Below, piece after piece: positions 34,946 through 47,730 of a DNA stretch of 60,438 bases (the first letter of the stretch is position 1; each line of letters begins with the position of its first letter). The stretch lies in NCBI GenBank assembly GCA_002269645.1, contig NIVC01001254.1, forward strand, positions 1-60,438, written 5' to 3'. Both the position numbers and the translations under genes were made by a program. The stretch comes from Macrostomum lignano (Eukaryota). The notes beneath the pieces are model-generated. The model did not search any database, was not told the origin of the DNA, and was given only the letters and a program-made list of their open reading frames with translations.

Positions 34946-37204
34946 ATCCGCGCACCAAAGAACTATCTATCCTTCGTCTAGTGCAGTTGAAGTATTCTAG
35001 ATTATTCTGTCTTGCAATATTGTGCCCGTACCTGAGCATCACACAAAATTTCTGTTCTAGTGTTGTGTGTTTAGCAGATAAATTCTATCAATATTCTACC
35101 AAAATGGTTGTGTTTCAAGTTCGATCTCATGCGAATGTAACGTTTCTGCTCATTCTTAATCTTATTCATGCGGCCCCATTGTGCTCGACGAAATTTTTAT
35201 TCAACCTGAATTTTCAGCCGTTTTTTGTCATTTTTTGTTGAATTTTGTTATAATCGCGTTCCTTTTTTCGTGTCGTTCGTCGCCGCAGCCCGTCCAGATT
35301 TTTTTGCATGCCATCTGCTGCGCTTTGCGTCAAGTACTATACTGATTGCCTTGCTGTTAGACTCGCTCGAAATCGACCGTTTTTTCTTTTGAAATAATCC
35401 AGCCATTCTGAGCCATTCTGACTCCAAGTTTCGTAATTCGATTCCTTGCGCGGCCACATTCAATTGGGGATTGGTGTAACAAAACTTGGCACAGAAAGTG
35501 TACATGCCCTGACGATTAGAAAGTCAAGGGGCCGCTGTACACCCTGCGTGAGCGTGTGTTTGATTGAATGCCTGTGTACAGCATTGGCGCGCTTGTATGT
35601 GTTCAGGAGTAAGTGGAATTGCAGAATTGCTTCAGAGCTGGTTGTGGGGTGATGTCACTTGGGAATACAATCCCGGGATTGGCATTGGAGACCGCCTAGA
35701 CTGGCTAGATGGACCACTAATTACATTTACGAGTATGCTACTTTCAGTTCAGTAGCAAGTTAAATATAGTGGTATTTTAATGTATTTTGTGACAGGACTC
35801 GTTCATTGGCCCCTCTCACTCCCAGCTAAGCCCCTCCAAGCGCGTCTTACGCATAAAATCCCTACCCCCGCCATCCGCCAATCTTTATTGCCTATCTTAG
35901 TGTTCCAGCCTAAATCGGCCATGTACATTAATATAGGCCCGCTTAATGGGCCTCTTACCCCCTCCCTCCGACCTCGTCTTTCCGCACAAAATCTCCAACC
36001 CTCGCCCCGCCGCCAAATTTTTATTGCCTTCTAAGCTTAAAAGCTGCCTTCTATGTACATTTTCAGTGAGTGGCGCTGGCTAATGTACATTATGTTAATG
36101 TTTAGGACTCCAACTACTTTTCTTTGCATAAAATAGCTTTAAAATTCCTCCTTGCTACTGAACTGAAAGTAGATAGACTATTACTTACGCTAGAAAACCG
36201 TGGCTTTCGATTTCTATCACAAATCTCTTGTAGATTAAAGTCCTATCTGTGAACAAATATTTAATCAAACATATACCAGCTTCGTGTACTCTTTGGAGGT
36301 CTCGAGGAGAGACCTCTTGGAGGTCTCGATGCTTGTACTGCTGTGAGTAGAAATGCAAATTCGCATTATTATATTTTTCTTTATTATATTCCCGAATTTC
36401 GCACCCTACACGGCAGGTCAAAGCAGTCGCTAAACCTGTTCTTGAGCTAGAATATTTTTTTTTCTTCAAGTTATTCGCACCTCATCCGTACTGACCAGGT
36501 GGCTCCCCGATGGAGCACCCGAGAGATCACGACACCCCTCCAGTCAGACAAGCCCACGCGTCTATTCATCGTGCGCTTTAACTAGTCAAGCACTCATTGT
36601 AACGCGTTTTATTGATTGATTAAAAAATGTTCAAACTTGATTGTCAGTCTGCTTTAGTCTTAGATTTCTATAGCTATTTCTAGCATTCGAGCTACTCCAG
36701 AGTTTTCCTGTCTTGTGTTGACTCCAAATCTGTGAGCTGGACCAATTTATTTTCTGGACATCTTATTCAAATCGAAATCTATGTCGACTTTTATATAGGC
36801 CGGAAAAACATAATATAACTACAGAATTTTGTATATTGTCGGACGTCTCTTAGAACGGCTAATCGACAAAAATCTTGAAACCTCCGCCAATTTCTTGCAG
36901 TTCATTTTTTATTTCGTATTTAGTTGGGGAATTAAAAGAACACGAGAAAAACTCACACTTTGTCAAGCGGCTGTTTACTGACGAATGTTTATAGTTTAAT
37001 AAAACATTAGATTAAACAAAGAATCAAGTAAATTGTTTATTAAGTTTATCTACACACATGGCAACGAAATTTGCGCTAATAAATTTTGCTTTTTTAATGA
37101 ACATTAGTTCAGCTAATAGAAATTAGGCGGAAATGTTGTGTGTGGTGTGGCCTACTTGTAAGGGCAGAATTAATTCAAACTGTTCTTTTGATGAATTCCA
37201 ACAC

Positions 37205-37690
37205 ATGGTCACTCCAGCTCCCCGTCACTCCAGCTCCCCGTCACTCCAGCTCCCCGTCACTCCAGCTCCCCGTCACTCCAGCTCCCCGTCACTCCAGCTC
37301 CCCGTCACTCCAGCTCCACGTCACTCCAGCTCCCCGTCACTCCAGCTCCCCGTCACTCCAGCTCCCCGTCACTCCAGCTCCCGTCACTCCAGCTCTCCGT
37401 CACTCCAGCTCCCCGTCACTCCAGCTCCCCGTCACTCCAGCTCCACGTCACTCCAGCTCCACGTCACTCCAGCTCCCCGTCACTCCAGCTCCCCGTGACT
37501 CCAGCTCCCCGTGACTCCAGCTCCCCGTCACTCCAGCTCCCCGTCACTCCAGCTCCCCGTCACTCCAGCTCCCCGTCACTCCAGCTCCCCGTCACTCCAG
37601 CTCCCCGTCACTCCAGCTCCCCGTCACTCCAGCTCCCCGTCACTCCAGCTCCCCGTCACTCCAGCTCCCCGTCACTCCAGCTCCCCGTCA
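37205..37690. repeat. 16-bp minisatellite (CACTCCAGCTCCCCGT)n abutting the innexin stop codon
   Basis: Tandem array ends 1-2 bp from TAG at 37692-37694. Confidence 0.96.
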
Positions 37691-37691
37691 G

Positions 37692-38595
37692 CTAAACCAG
37701 CAGTGGCTTCTCCTCAGCCACAGGTCGCATTATCATTGCCGCGCCTTCGCCGCCGCTGCCGCTTCCGTCGCCGCTGCCACCATCGGCTGGACCACCATCC
37801 TCGGCAAAGTCTGCCAACAGTCTGCTTAGCAACTGCTTAGCAACGCGGTCGTCAGAATTGGCTGCCACCAGCTGCAGCACCAGCAGGCCATCCGTGCCCA
37901 GCCGCTTCTCGAGCAGGTCGCGTAACAGTCTAGAGTTTCCAGATGCCGGCGACAGGTTTTTCAGAAAGTTTAGGCGTCGCCATGGTAACAGTAAGTCGAT
38001 TAGCCACCCAGCAGAGTTAAGTACCGTCAGGCACGCAACCAGCAGCATCCAGAAACCGAGGAACACGAAAACTTTCTCCGTGAAGATGTTGATGGCCAAG
38101 ACGCACTGCAGAGAGTAACTGTGAGGCAGGGGTTGGCTTATTAGCTAAATTCGGCTGATTAACTTGACACCTGACCAGAATTCAATAATCTACTGAGGTG
38201 TATCTCACCTATTGGTATTTCCCAGCCTCCTGATGGAGAAATCGCAAAACGTCACCCTAGGAAAGTGGCCGGTCTGATGCCACTCGACGCCAAGGGCGAG
38301 GTCCCTGGCAACCAGGAATAGTGAGTCCACTGAGCGGCCAAAGAAGGACGAAAGCAGGAAGAACTGGCCGATGGCGTTGATGGAGTACATCAGCTTGGTG
38401 AACAAGTACAAGCAGGTGAGGTAGCTTTTGTTATAGAATACCTCCCGGCGTTCGCTTTGACTTCGGATGCGAAAGTTGGTGCTCAATTGGTAGCTGATGC
38501 CGTCCATGCCATTGTTTTTGGCTGCGCGGGTCACCAGCGTGGACAGGTCCAGTCCTGGGTGATGCGTTTTGTAGGGATTTGTCTTCACAGCATCT

Positions 38596-38674
<79 letters not shown>

Positions 38675-38677
38675 TAG

Positions 38678-38746
<69 letters not shown>

Positions 38747-38749
38747 TAG

Positions 38750-38818
<69 letters not shown>

Positions 38819-39229
38819 GCCGCAGCGCTCACCGCTCTTCCAGTTGAACAGGCGCCAGACCATGGCAGGCAGGTAGTACAGGAAGGCCTGCACAGCGAGC
38901 ATGTACGGAATCCACTGGTAGTAGATTATCTCTTGGGTTCGTCTGATGTTCGGGTCGGCAGCCAGCTCCTGGTTTTTCGGCACAAAATAGGTATTCTTGA
39001 CCCAGCAGTAGTCCTCGGCATATTGAATCCAAGGATCCTTGAACTCTTGCGGTGTCCAGCATTTCATCGGCTCGCCAACAATCTGCTTGGTGCTGAGCAC
39101 GATGGCGGAGAGCACCAGGATTAGCGCTGTCCAGTACCTGTTGAGACGGTCAACGTAGTCATCGTCGAGTTTCGAATCAGCCGACAGGTGGTAGAAATTG
39201 CGGACAGTTTCGAATAGAGCAAAATCCAT
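37692..39229 (-). CDS. inx: Innexin, 3 exons, about 389 aa
   Basis: Exons 39229-38833, 38554-38209, 38118-37692 (1170 nt). Motifs [69 protein letters not shown]. Confidence 0.95.
38597..38820. repeat. (GTCT)n / (GACA)n microsatellite, innexin intron 1
   Basis: Tetranucleotide array with two interruptions. Confidence 0.97.
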
Positions 39230-40044
39230 GCCCGAACGTTTTCTGGCTTGCTTTTGTGGAGCAGTTAAGCTGCACAGTGCTTGCTGTTTGGGACTGAGTC
39301 TTGTTGAAGAAATCTTCTTTGTATGCGAGTATGACTTGTCTAATCTTATCTATGCGTCAAAGTTTGCCTGTACAATCGGTGTCCAATGCAGGTCTGTGTG
39401 GGTTGCAGACTGAGACCAATTCGAGTTTTCCACTATCGTTCGACTCTCGCAACTAGAAAATTATACATAATTTTCCATTTTTAGGTGACACAACCGAGGC
39501 CTTAGATTTCAAGAATTGATCGTCATGTGGTCCTACTTTGTAACAATATACCACTGACTAAAATAGCCCAAAGGCAAGACAGCCGATGAGAAAGTTGCTT
39601 CATGGTTCAAAGTTGGCAATTTTGTCAAACTTTTAGGCAACACAGATACAAAAATTAACTAAATTGGTCACTCGCAAAAATCAACTACTCGTTCTCAGTA
39701 GCAAAATTTGCGTTTTTCGCCCTAATGATCGTAAAATCAAAGAAAAACATTATTTAATTTTACAAGCTATTTAAAGTTTCAGAAGCTGCAACAATCGCCT
39801 TCAGCTACTAAAAGCAAACCCATTAAACTAGCACCTTAGCCTATACCAGACCCCGCCACAGACTCGAAAGTATTTTTTAAAATCAATTTTAGACTGCCCT
39901 GAAGGTTGCAGAGAAACTTGAAAAAGCCAAATCCAGTGAATAGCGAGCAAGAGAGAAAGGGTGGCTGCCGCAGCCAGACCAATAAACAGTTTGGCTTTCC
40001 TCTTGCCCGCTTGCGTCTGACTTTGACATATCTTTCGTTTAATG

Positions 40045-40232
40045 CTCTCTCATTGGCTGAGCTAGATTGGACCTGCCCCCCCCCCAGGCTGAGTTTCGTC
40101 CGTCTGACTTTGAAGTCTGTCCTTGCTGCTCTCTCATTGGCTGAGCTAGATTGGACCTGCCCCCCCCCCAGGCTGAGTTTCGTCCGTCTGACTTTGAAGT
40201 CTGTCCTTGCTGCTCTCTCATTGGCTGAGCTA
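40045..40232. repeat. 84-bp tandem duplication (about 2.2 copies)
   Basis: CTCTCTCATTGGCTGAGCTAG...GTCTGTCCTTGCTG repeated near-identically. Confidence 0.9.
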
Positions 40233-40869
40233 GTGTGACATTAAATTTAAGCAACACTGCGCAGACAAACTACTGAAAACAGACTAGACGCTTTACTTTT
40301 TCACAGCTTTAACTGCGAGTGACACACGGCTCGTATCTAGTTTATTCCAGTATCTGTACCTGAGACCAAATACGAGCGACCAAACCTTTCATAGTACATG
40401 TAAAATCAGTAAAAAGCGTCATAGTCATTTTTTTTAAAAAGGCCAACATATACAGTTATTCACCATTCTTACTACTTGTACTTATAAATAGCAGTAGGCA
40501 TGTTGAAGCAAACTAGAATTTTTCTATCAGAATGGCTCAACTGATATCGATTTGTCAATCGGATATCCAAGCACTGGTAGTAGCATTACGTACGAGTATA
40601 CATGCTAAAGAAAAGATTTTTTTTCAAAATCACTTAAGGCCCTCTTAAGTCGAAGGCAGTATTAAAGATATTCCTAAACTCCAAACCCATTTCCCTGGGT
40701 CCTCTAGCACTCCCTGTGTCTTGTATAGCATCTGGCACTGTGGCTTCCTAGTACTCATTCTTCATATGCGTTTACTAGCTAGTTTGTCTATGGCCCAAAT
40801 GGCCCCGAATTCAGTACAGTCAGTCAACGCCTAAAGAAGCGAGAGATGAGGACTTTACTAAAATAAATT

Positions 40870-41525
40870 CCCTGTGTCCTCAAGCACTCCCTGTGTCCTC
40901 AAGCACTCCCTGTGTCCTCAAGCACTCCCTGTGTCCTCAAGCACTCCCTGTGTCCTCAAGCACTCCCTGTGTCCTCAAGCACTCCCTGTGTCCTCAAGCA
41001 CTCCCTGTGTCCTCAAGCACTCCCTGTGTCCTCAAGCACTCCCTGTGTCCTCAAGCACTCCCTGTGTCCTCAAGCACTCCCTGTGTCCTCAAGCACTCCC
41101 TGTGTCCTCAAGCACTCCCTGTGTCCTCAAGCACTCCCTGTGTCCTCAAGCACTCCCTGTGTCCTCAAGCACTCCCTGTGTCCTCAAGCACTAACTGTGT
41201 CCTCAAGCACTCCCTGTGTCCTCAAGCACTCCCTGTGTCCTCAAGCACTCCCTGTGTCCTCAAGCACTCCCTGTGTCCTCAAGCACTCCCTGTGTCCTCA
41301 AGCACTAACTGTGTCCTCAAGCACTCCCTGTGTCCTCAAGCACTCCCTGTGTCCTCAAGCACTAACTGTGTCCTCAAGCACTAACTGTGTCCTCAAGCAC
41401 TAACTGTGTCCTCAAGCACTAACTGTGTCCTCAAGCACTAACTGTGTCCTCAAGCACTAACTGTGTCCTCAAGCACTCCCTGTGTCCTCAAGCACTCCCT
41501 GTGTCCTCAAGCACTCCATGTGTCC
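40870..41525. repeat. 19-bp minisatellite (CTGTGTCCTCAAGCACTCC)n
   Basis: Tandem array with a ...CACTAA variant enriched at the right end. Confidence 0.96.
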
Positions 41526-42120
41526 TCCTCTGACATTTACTGCGTCCTCTCTAGCACTTCAATGATGCTGCCCATAATTATTTGTATTAGACGATGGGGC
41601 AAAAAAAATCTAAAACACGGAAACAGGGTCTTATTCATACGTTAACCAAGGTGTATGATTTAAGTTTTATCTACTTCAATTAGAAAATGTTTTTATCAGA
41701 ATATGTTTTCGCTTGCGGATGTGGAGAAAAAGCAGGATATGAGATCGTACAATGAACCCAGATATATTGTAAAACATCGAATCCCAAGGCAACTAACAAC
41801 TATTTGTGACGCGGATGTAATATTGTTACTTCTACCGCCTTCAACGCGGATGCCAACTATTCGAAAAATACCAACCCCCCACCCCAAGCCTGTGTCAACA
41901 TATACTAGAACTTCTCTTACTTTCAGTCAGTCTCAACCCCCAGAGATCCAAAAATAGATTAGCAAATGTACCTTGGCCTGACCCGTGCACCCCCGACCCA
42001 CCGGAGCGAGTGTACGTTCAGCACCGCGGGGCGGGCGGAGTGGCATTGAAATAAATTCAAGTCGACAACAGGGGGCGCGTGCACCAATGTGTCTGCTACT
42101 GACTGAACTCCTGTAAAGGC

Positions 42121-42126
42121 TATAAA
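42121..42126 (+). promoter_or_regulatory. TATA box candidate of the ETS gene
   Basis: TATAAA 100 bp upstream of ATG 42221, preceded by CCAAT (42084) and a GC-rich stretch. Confidence 0.4.
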
Positions 42127-42220
42127 TTTAGAGCCTTTTTTTAGAACTTAAATGCGACAATAGCCTTTGAGTTCATCCGAGTCTTACTGAGCTTCACTTC
42201 GCTTGTGTTTACACCCCATC

Positions 42221-44353
42221 ATGGCTCCATTCGTCAAACCGCAGGAAACGTTGAAAGCAGAGAAAACCGAACTGCAATCGGAGGTTCAATCCGATTCGGA
42301 TGTGACTCAGCAACTCCTGGCTGATCAGGATGCTGCAGCCATTGCTGGTCATCTGGAGCTGCCGCTGAGCAGAATTGATGGTGAGACTGAGTTTTGAGCA
42401 CATAAATGGCTTAAAAATAGCCTTCAGATTTATGTTGCAGCTAGATCTTGGATTTTAGGTTGCAGATCTTAGATTTTAGGTTGCCGATCTTGGACCTTAG
42501 ATTTTAGGTTGCAGATCTTAGATTTTAGGTTGCAGATCTTAGATTTTAGGTTGCAGATCTTAGATTTCAGGTTGTAGATCTTAGATTTTAGGTTGCAGAT
42601 CTTAGATTTCAGGTTGCAGATCTTGGATTTTAGGTTGCAGATCTTGGATTTTAGGTTGCAGATCTTAGATTTTAGGTTGCAGATCTTAGATTTCAGGTTG
42701 TAGATCTTATATTTTAGGTTGCAGATCTTAGATTTCAGGTTGCAGATCTTAGATTTCAGGTTGCAGATCTTAGATTTTAGGTTGCAGATCTTAGATTTCA
42801 GGTTGCAGATCTTAGATTTCAGGTTGCAGATCTTAGATTTCAGGTTGCAGATCTTAGATTTCAGGTTGCAGATCTTAGATTTCAGGTTGCAGATCTTAGC
42901 TTTCAGGTTGCAGATCTTAGATTTTAGGTTGCAGATCTTAGATTTCAGGTTGCAGATCTTAGATTTCAGGTTGCAGATCTTAGATTTCAGGTTGCAGATC
43001 TTGGATTTTAGGTTGCAGATCTTAGCTTTTAGTTTTCAGGTCTTAGATTTTAGGTTGCCAAACTCAGAATTATCATAGTTAAAGTAGAAACTGTGAGTGC
43101 AATATGATTTTTATTCAATTAAGCTTGCATATCAGATGCCATTAGTTCGGGTCATCAACTCGCACAATTTATTAAACATTTCAGAATGGACACCCGAGCA
43201 GAAGCGAACATGGCTAAAGTGCATGCTAGTTAAGCACATCAATTGGCAAGTCATGGAGCCAGCTCAACGAGAAGCGACGGCCCAGCAGCTCAACGCTGTC
43301 AATGATTTACTGCAGACCAACTTGAACGCTTCGTTAGATAGCCTAATTAGTTTGATTGAGTTCAAGCTTAACTGTCAGGTGCTTGGGCAGATTCTACAAA
43401 ATGAGCTGGCTGTTTGGCGAAGAGGTAAGCGCTGTTTAGCATCAAGGAGGTTTAAAATCGCACGTTTTTTGTTAATTAGAAAGGAATTATAAACATGGAT
43501 ACTGCATAGTGAACGGGTGGTTTTATTGAGAAGAGAACCGTTTTAAACTACGGATTCTAATATGAATTAATAAACTGTTTCTAGCTTCTCAAGTAGACAG
43601 CATTTAAGTGGATATATAGATCTAGACTGTAGATTTAGGTGGATGTATAGATCTAGACTGTAGATTTAGGTGGATGTATAGATCTAGACTGTAGATTTAG
43701 ATGGATGTATAGATCTAGACTGTAGATTTAGGTGGATGTATAGATCTAGACTGTAGATTTAGGTGGATATATAGATCTAGACTGTAAATTTAGGTGGATA
43801 TATAGATCTAGACTGTAGATTTAGGTTTGATGATAAATTCTATGACCCCGCCTGAATGAATGCGCACACCTAACTACTAACAGCAGGAAGAAGGGAATTG
43901 CAGCAGTCCACATCAAATTGGAGACGCCACCAGCTATGCTCAAGTTTCGACAGTGAAAACGGCAGCGGCAGCAGCAGCGGCAGCAGCGGTAGCAGCAGCG
44001 GCGGTGGTCGGCGAGGCAACAACGAAGGCGACCTGCTGTGGGAGCACATCCTACGACTGCTGGAGACTGGCAACCCGGCGGTTCGTTGGGTGCAACCGGA
44101 TCTCGGCAGGTTTCAGTTCGTCAGCAGCAGTTCAGCCGCCAGGTCGTGGGGCGGCACGAAACGCAATCGAAATATGAGCTTTGAGAAGATGAGCCGCTCC
44201 ATCAGGCAGTACTATCGCCCGAAATCCGGCCTGATGTTGAAAGTGCCGAACAAGGGCCGGCTGCATTACCAATTCAACGTTACTCATCCGCAATTTGTCC
44301 GGTTCTTGAAGGAGAACTTTCCTAATTCGGCCTGTCTCGCGAGGAAGCTCTGA
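42221..44353 (+). CDS. PNT+ETS transcription factor, SPDEF/Ets98B-like, 3 exons, about 289 aa
   Basis: Exons 42221-42380, 43185-43424, 43884-44353 (870 nt; both introns phase 1). LPLSRID-EWTPEQKRTWLKCML resembles a Pointed domain. ETS domain: LLWEHILRLL...VRW...ARSWG...MSFEKMSRSIRQYY...RLHYQF. Confidence 0.85.
42440..43060. repeat. 21-bp minisatellite (GTTGCAGATCTTAGATTTYAG)n, ETS intron 1
   Basis: Tandem array; source of the LQILDFR ORF. Confidence 0.96.
43615..43830. repeat. 31-bp minisatellite (GATCTAGACTGTAGATTTAGGTGGATGTATA)n, ETS intron 2
   Basis: About 7 tandem copies. Confidence 0.93.
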
Positions 44354-44769
44354 CAGTTTGTTGGTCTCAGTTTCAATTCCAATTTACAATTACAGGTTTT
44401 GCAGGGGAACCTATACGTATGATTTATTGCCAAGTTCAGCTGGTTCATTTGGCTATACATTAATCCCATGTTAATGTTGCGGCGGCAATTAGCGTACTGT
44501 ATAAAATAATACCAAAAAGCTAAAAAGCATCTCGTAAATTACACTGACGTTTGTTGTTTTATCTTTTACAGCACTCTACGAATGTAATATACACCAATAT
44601 GAAGGTGATAGATATAATATCATCTATTTACTCCTGTGCTTTTTAAAAAATTAATTTAAAAAAAAAATCTTTAATTCTTTAATATTTTTAATTATTTTTA
44701 GAACATCTTGGCACAGTTTATTGTTAAGATACCAGTAGTCATACACGTAGTCTAGAGATTCCTCTGATT

Positions 44770-45330
44770 GAGATTCTTTAAATGAGATGCCTTGAATAGA
44801 GATACTGTACTTTAAATAGAGATTCTTAGAATAGAGATTCTTTAAATAGAGATTCTTAGAATAGAGATTCTTTAAATAGAGATGCTTTGAATAGAGATGC
44901 TTTAAATAGAGATGCTTTGAATAGAGATGCTTTGAATAGAGATGCTTTGAATAGAGATGCTTTGAAAAGAGATGCTTTGAATAGAGATGCTTTGAATAGA
45001 GATGCTTTGAATAGAGATGCTTTGAATAGAGATGCTTTGAATAGAGATGCTTTGAATAGAGATGCTTTAAATAGAGATGCTTTGAATAGAGATGCTTTGA
45101 ATAGAGATGCTTTGAATAGAGATGCTTTGAATAGAGATGCTTTGAATAGAGATGCTTTGAATAGAGATGCTTTGAATAGAGATGCTTTGAAAAGAGATGC
45201 TTTGAAAAGAGATGCTTTGAAAAGAGATGCTTTGAAAAGAGATGCTTTGAATAGAGATGCTTTGAAAAGAGATGCTTTGAATAGAGATGCTTTGAATAGA
45301 GATGCTTTGAATAGAGATGCTTTGAATAGT
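44770..45330. repeat. 15-bp minisatellite (AATAGAGATGCTTTG)n
   Basis: Tandem array; source of the RDALN ORF. Confidence 0.96.
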
Positions 45331-45353
45331 TAAACCAAACTCTGTTTAGCTAG

Positions 45354-45596
45354 CTAGACTCTAACTTTGCATGACAGCCAACTAGAATAGGAAAATGGAT
45401 TATACACAGTGCACTGGAAAGCACACTCGATCACAGATGTGTCGTAAACCCGATAGCATGCAGTGTTGTAGCCGACTTGGTTACCGGACGGGTGGTAAGA
45501 AACTGGGTCATCAAGATATACAGATGATGAAAGTCTCTTTAGACCCGGCAGTGTATATATTGTTCGGGCAAGCGATGTGAAAAATTGAGAGAACAT
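45354..45596 (-). CDS. Small hypothetical Cys-containing ORF (80 aa), divergent from the secreted peptide gene
   Basis: ATG 45596; contains TACYRVYDTSVIECAFQC...SCK. No signal peptide; coding status uncertain. Confidence 0.25.
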   Translation of the reverse strand: MFSQFFTSLARTIYTLPGLKRLSSSVYLDDPVSYHPSGNQVGYNTACYRVYDTSVIECAFQCTVYNPFSYSSWLSCKVRV

Positions 45597-45675
45597 CCTC
45601 GAGCTAGACAAACTTTTTAGTCCTCAAAAGCCGCGTAAGTCCTAAAATAATTGAGTAGACAACTGATATTTTACA

Positions 45676-45939
45676 ATGCTGCCAAGAGACACCACCCTGG
45701 CCTGCCTCGGCGTCCTCATCCTGATGCTGGGCTCAGTGGCGTCAACCTCAGCCATCATCGACGGAGCCTACCTGACCTGCTTGGAGCGCACCTTTGCCAT
45801 CGACTGTTTCAACGACCGCGATTGTCTGTGCAGTTTGACTGAGCCGAGCTACAAGTGCCTGTACACCATGACTGGCCGGCGGCAGTGCACTGTTGACTGG
45901 TCCTCGGTGAACGAAGAAGACCCGCTGATTGAGCGCTAG
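45676..45939 (+). CDS. Small secreted cysteine-rich protein (87 aa)
   Basis: Hydrophobic N-terminus LACLGVLILMLGSVASTSA (signal-peptide-like), six mature Cys (C-x8-C-x5-C-x-C-x8-C-x9-C), GC-rich codon usage like neighbouring genes. Confidence 0.7.
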   Translation: MLPRDTTLACLGVLILMLGSVASTSAIIDGAYLTCLERTFAIDCFNDRDCLCSLTEPSYKCLYTMTGRRQCTVDWSSVNEEDPLIER

Positions 45940-46194
45940 TCTAGATACGAAGTATTTGACTTTTACTGCTTGAGAACAATAGCTGATGGTTACAGTAAAA
46001 ATTAATTATTTAAAAAAATAAATAGTAAGAGATCTGCAGCTGGCGGTTTTTATTCAAAATAAACCATAACCTTCAAGATCCTAATTATAAATATACACGA
46101 AACGCTAAAAGAGAGCTGTCTGACTTAATTAATTCATCATTGATCCATTCCATCTTGAACACGTGTATGGAGGGCAGAATCATTTTTTAGCAGT

Positions 46195-46382
46195 CAAGGA
46201 CTACTCAAGTAGAAGGACTGGAAACAAATCAAAAGATGAACATTGGGATCAGCCTCCTATCGAAAGCAACAACAATTTTTGTGCTGAAAACTTCCCATCT
46301 CCGTAGTGTATTTTTTCGGAAAAACCGGCCTCCTAAAATTTTCCAAGAAACGCGGAGGTTTCCTCGACTTGAGTCGTCCTTG
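46195..46382. mobile_element. MITE with CAAGGAC TIRs and 8-bp TSD
   Basis: TIR CAAGGACTACTCAAGTAGAAGG / CCTCGACTTGAGTCGTCCTTG; flanks TTAGCAGT / ATAGCAGT. Related to 55407-55675. Confidence 0.8.
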
Positions 46383-47149
46383 ATAGCAGTTTAATTCTTG
46401 CGAGCATAAATTTTAACGAAAATTTTCTAAATATGTTAAAACAAAGAACAACTAAGTCGTTGGAAATAAAAGCTGAAGCTACATGTAAATGCACGCGCTC
46501 GAGTAAGGCACGAGTAATACAAAATGCATAATTTATGAATCGGTATATACGTATTTACATTATCCACATGTTGCAGTTTAGAGAGCGATTTTTCCTTTTT
46601 TCCACGCTAAAATTCTTTCTCCCTTGCTTTTAGATGCAATCAACAGCTTTCAAATTCCACATGTGTGCTTTAAAAAGTTGTCCTAATTGTTGTTCATAGC
46701 AAAAAATACTGCAATGCAAGAATGACTTTTGTATTCCTTGACTGGAAGTATATTATTTCTCATTGACTACTCAAGCAACGGAATGGAAGACTTGGCAAAT
46801 TATGTTGAAAAAACTGAAATTTATTTAAATATCTGTTCGTGGAGTTTCATGTTCGTGAAGGCAAAAAAAATATACTTTGAGAAAATAAATCTTTGAGAAA
46901 TGCAGAGAATCGCAGCAAATGCCATGCTGCTACGCACGATGAAGAAATTAATTAAAAATGTACATGCATGACAATGAAAGATGCAAAAGCTGGCAAACAT
47001 ATGTAGAATATAAACCGATGCAAAACATAAAAATGATCGTAACATGTACAGAGTTAAAAATATGCTAAAAATCGCAAAATTTAAATAGTGAACCACTCAT
47101 GCAACTAATCAAGACACCGATGGATAAAATTTACTCGTGCGCTCGTGTC

Positions 47150-47730
47150 CCACATTTTTAGTAGTAGTAGTAAGTTGGCTCAGGCAAGAAGCCTGTTTGG
47201 CCAATATATTTCTGTGTATTTAAGATTACTTCAGGAATAGGAGACAATATTTTAGCACTAGTTATTTAATTACGATTAGTACGAGTTTTGCAATATGGTA
47301 TTTGAAAGAACGCGGAAATGTTATTAACGATACTTGGACGACTAACGAAGCGAAAGAAAAAGCAAGGAATTAAAAAAAGTATTGCGTGAAATTTATGTAT
47401 GTAGTTGGCGGTATTGCACAAAACAGCTTAGTCCTTACGTCCACATAAGTAGTAGTAAGAAGTTGGCTCAGGCGATTAGCCTGTTTGGCCAATATATTTA
47501 ATAGAGCTGTGTATTTGGAAAAATTTTCGAAATAGAGGTTTATAAAGACGATTTGACGACGATTGCATGACGAACGTTATTGTAAAAGATAAAAGTATTT
47601 GAAAGCGCGCCAGAATTTTTACGGTATTTTTGGACGAAAAGTGACGACTAACAACTAACAACGAGTATAAATATTAATACAAAAATGAGTACGAATTACA
47701 AGGTATTAGCTTTAATTGCGAGATTACTTT
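47150..47730. repeat. Degenerate tandem duplication of an about 290-bp unit
   Basis: AGTAGTAAG..TTGGCTCAGGC..AGCCTGTTTGGCCAATATATTT at about 47165 and 47450; GTATTTGAAAG and GACGACTAAC also recur in register. Confidence 0.7.

Noticed and set aside
37976-37989. Near-perfect X-box GTCGCCATGGTAAC
   Set aside because: Inside innexin coding exon 3 (LLPWRR codons); most simply coincidental.
42066-42078. CTCF-like motif CAACAGGGGGCGC
   Set aside because: Single short match in a GC-rich promoter; no evidence that the host uses CTCF here.
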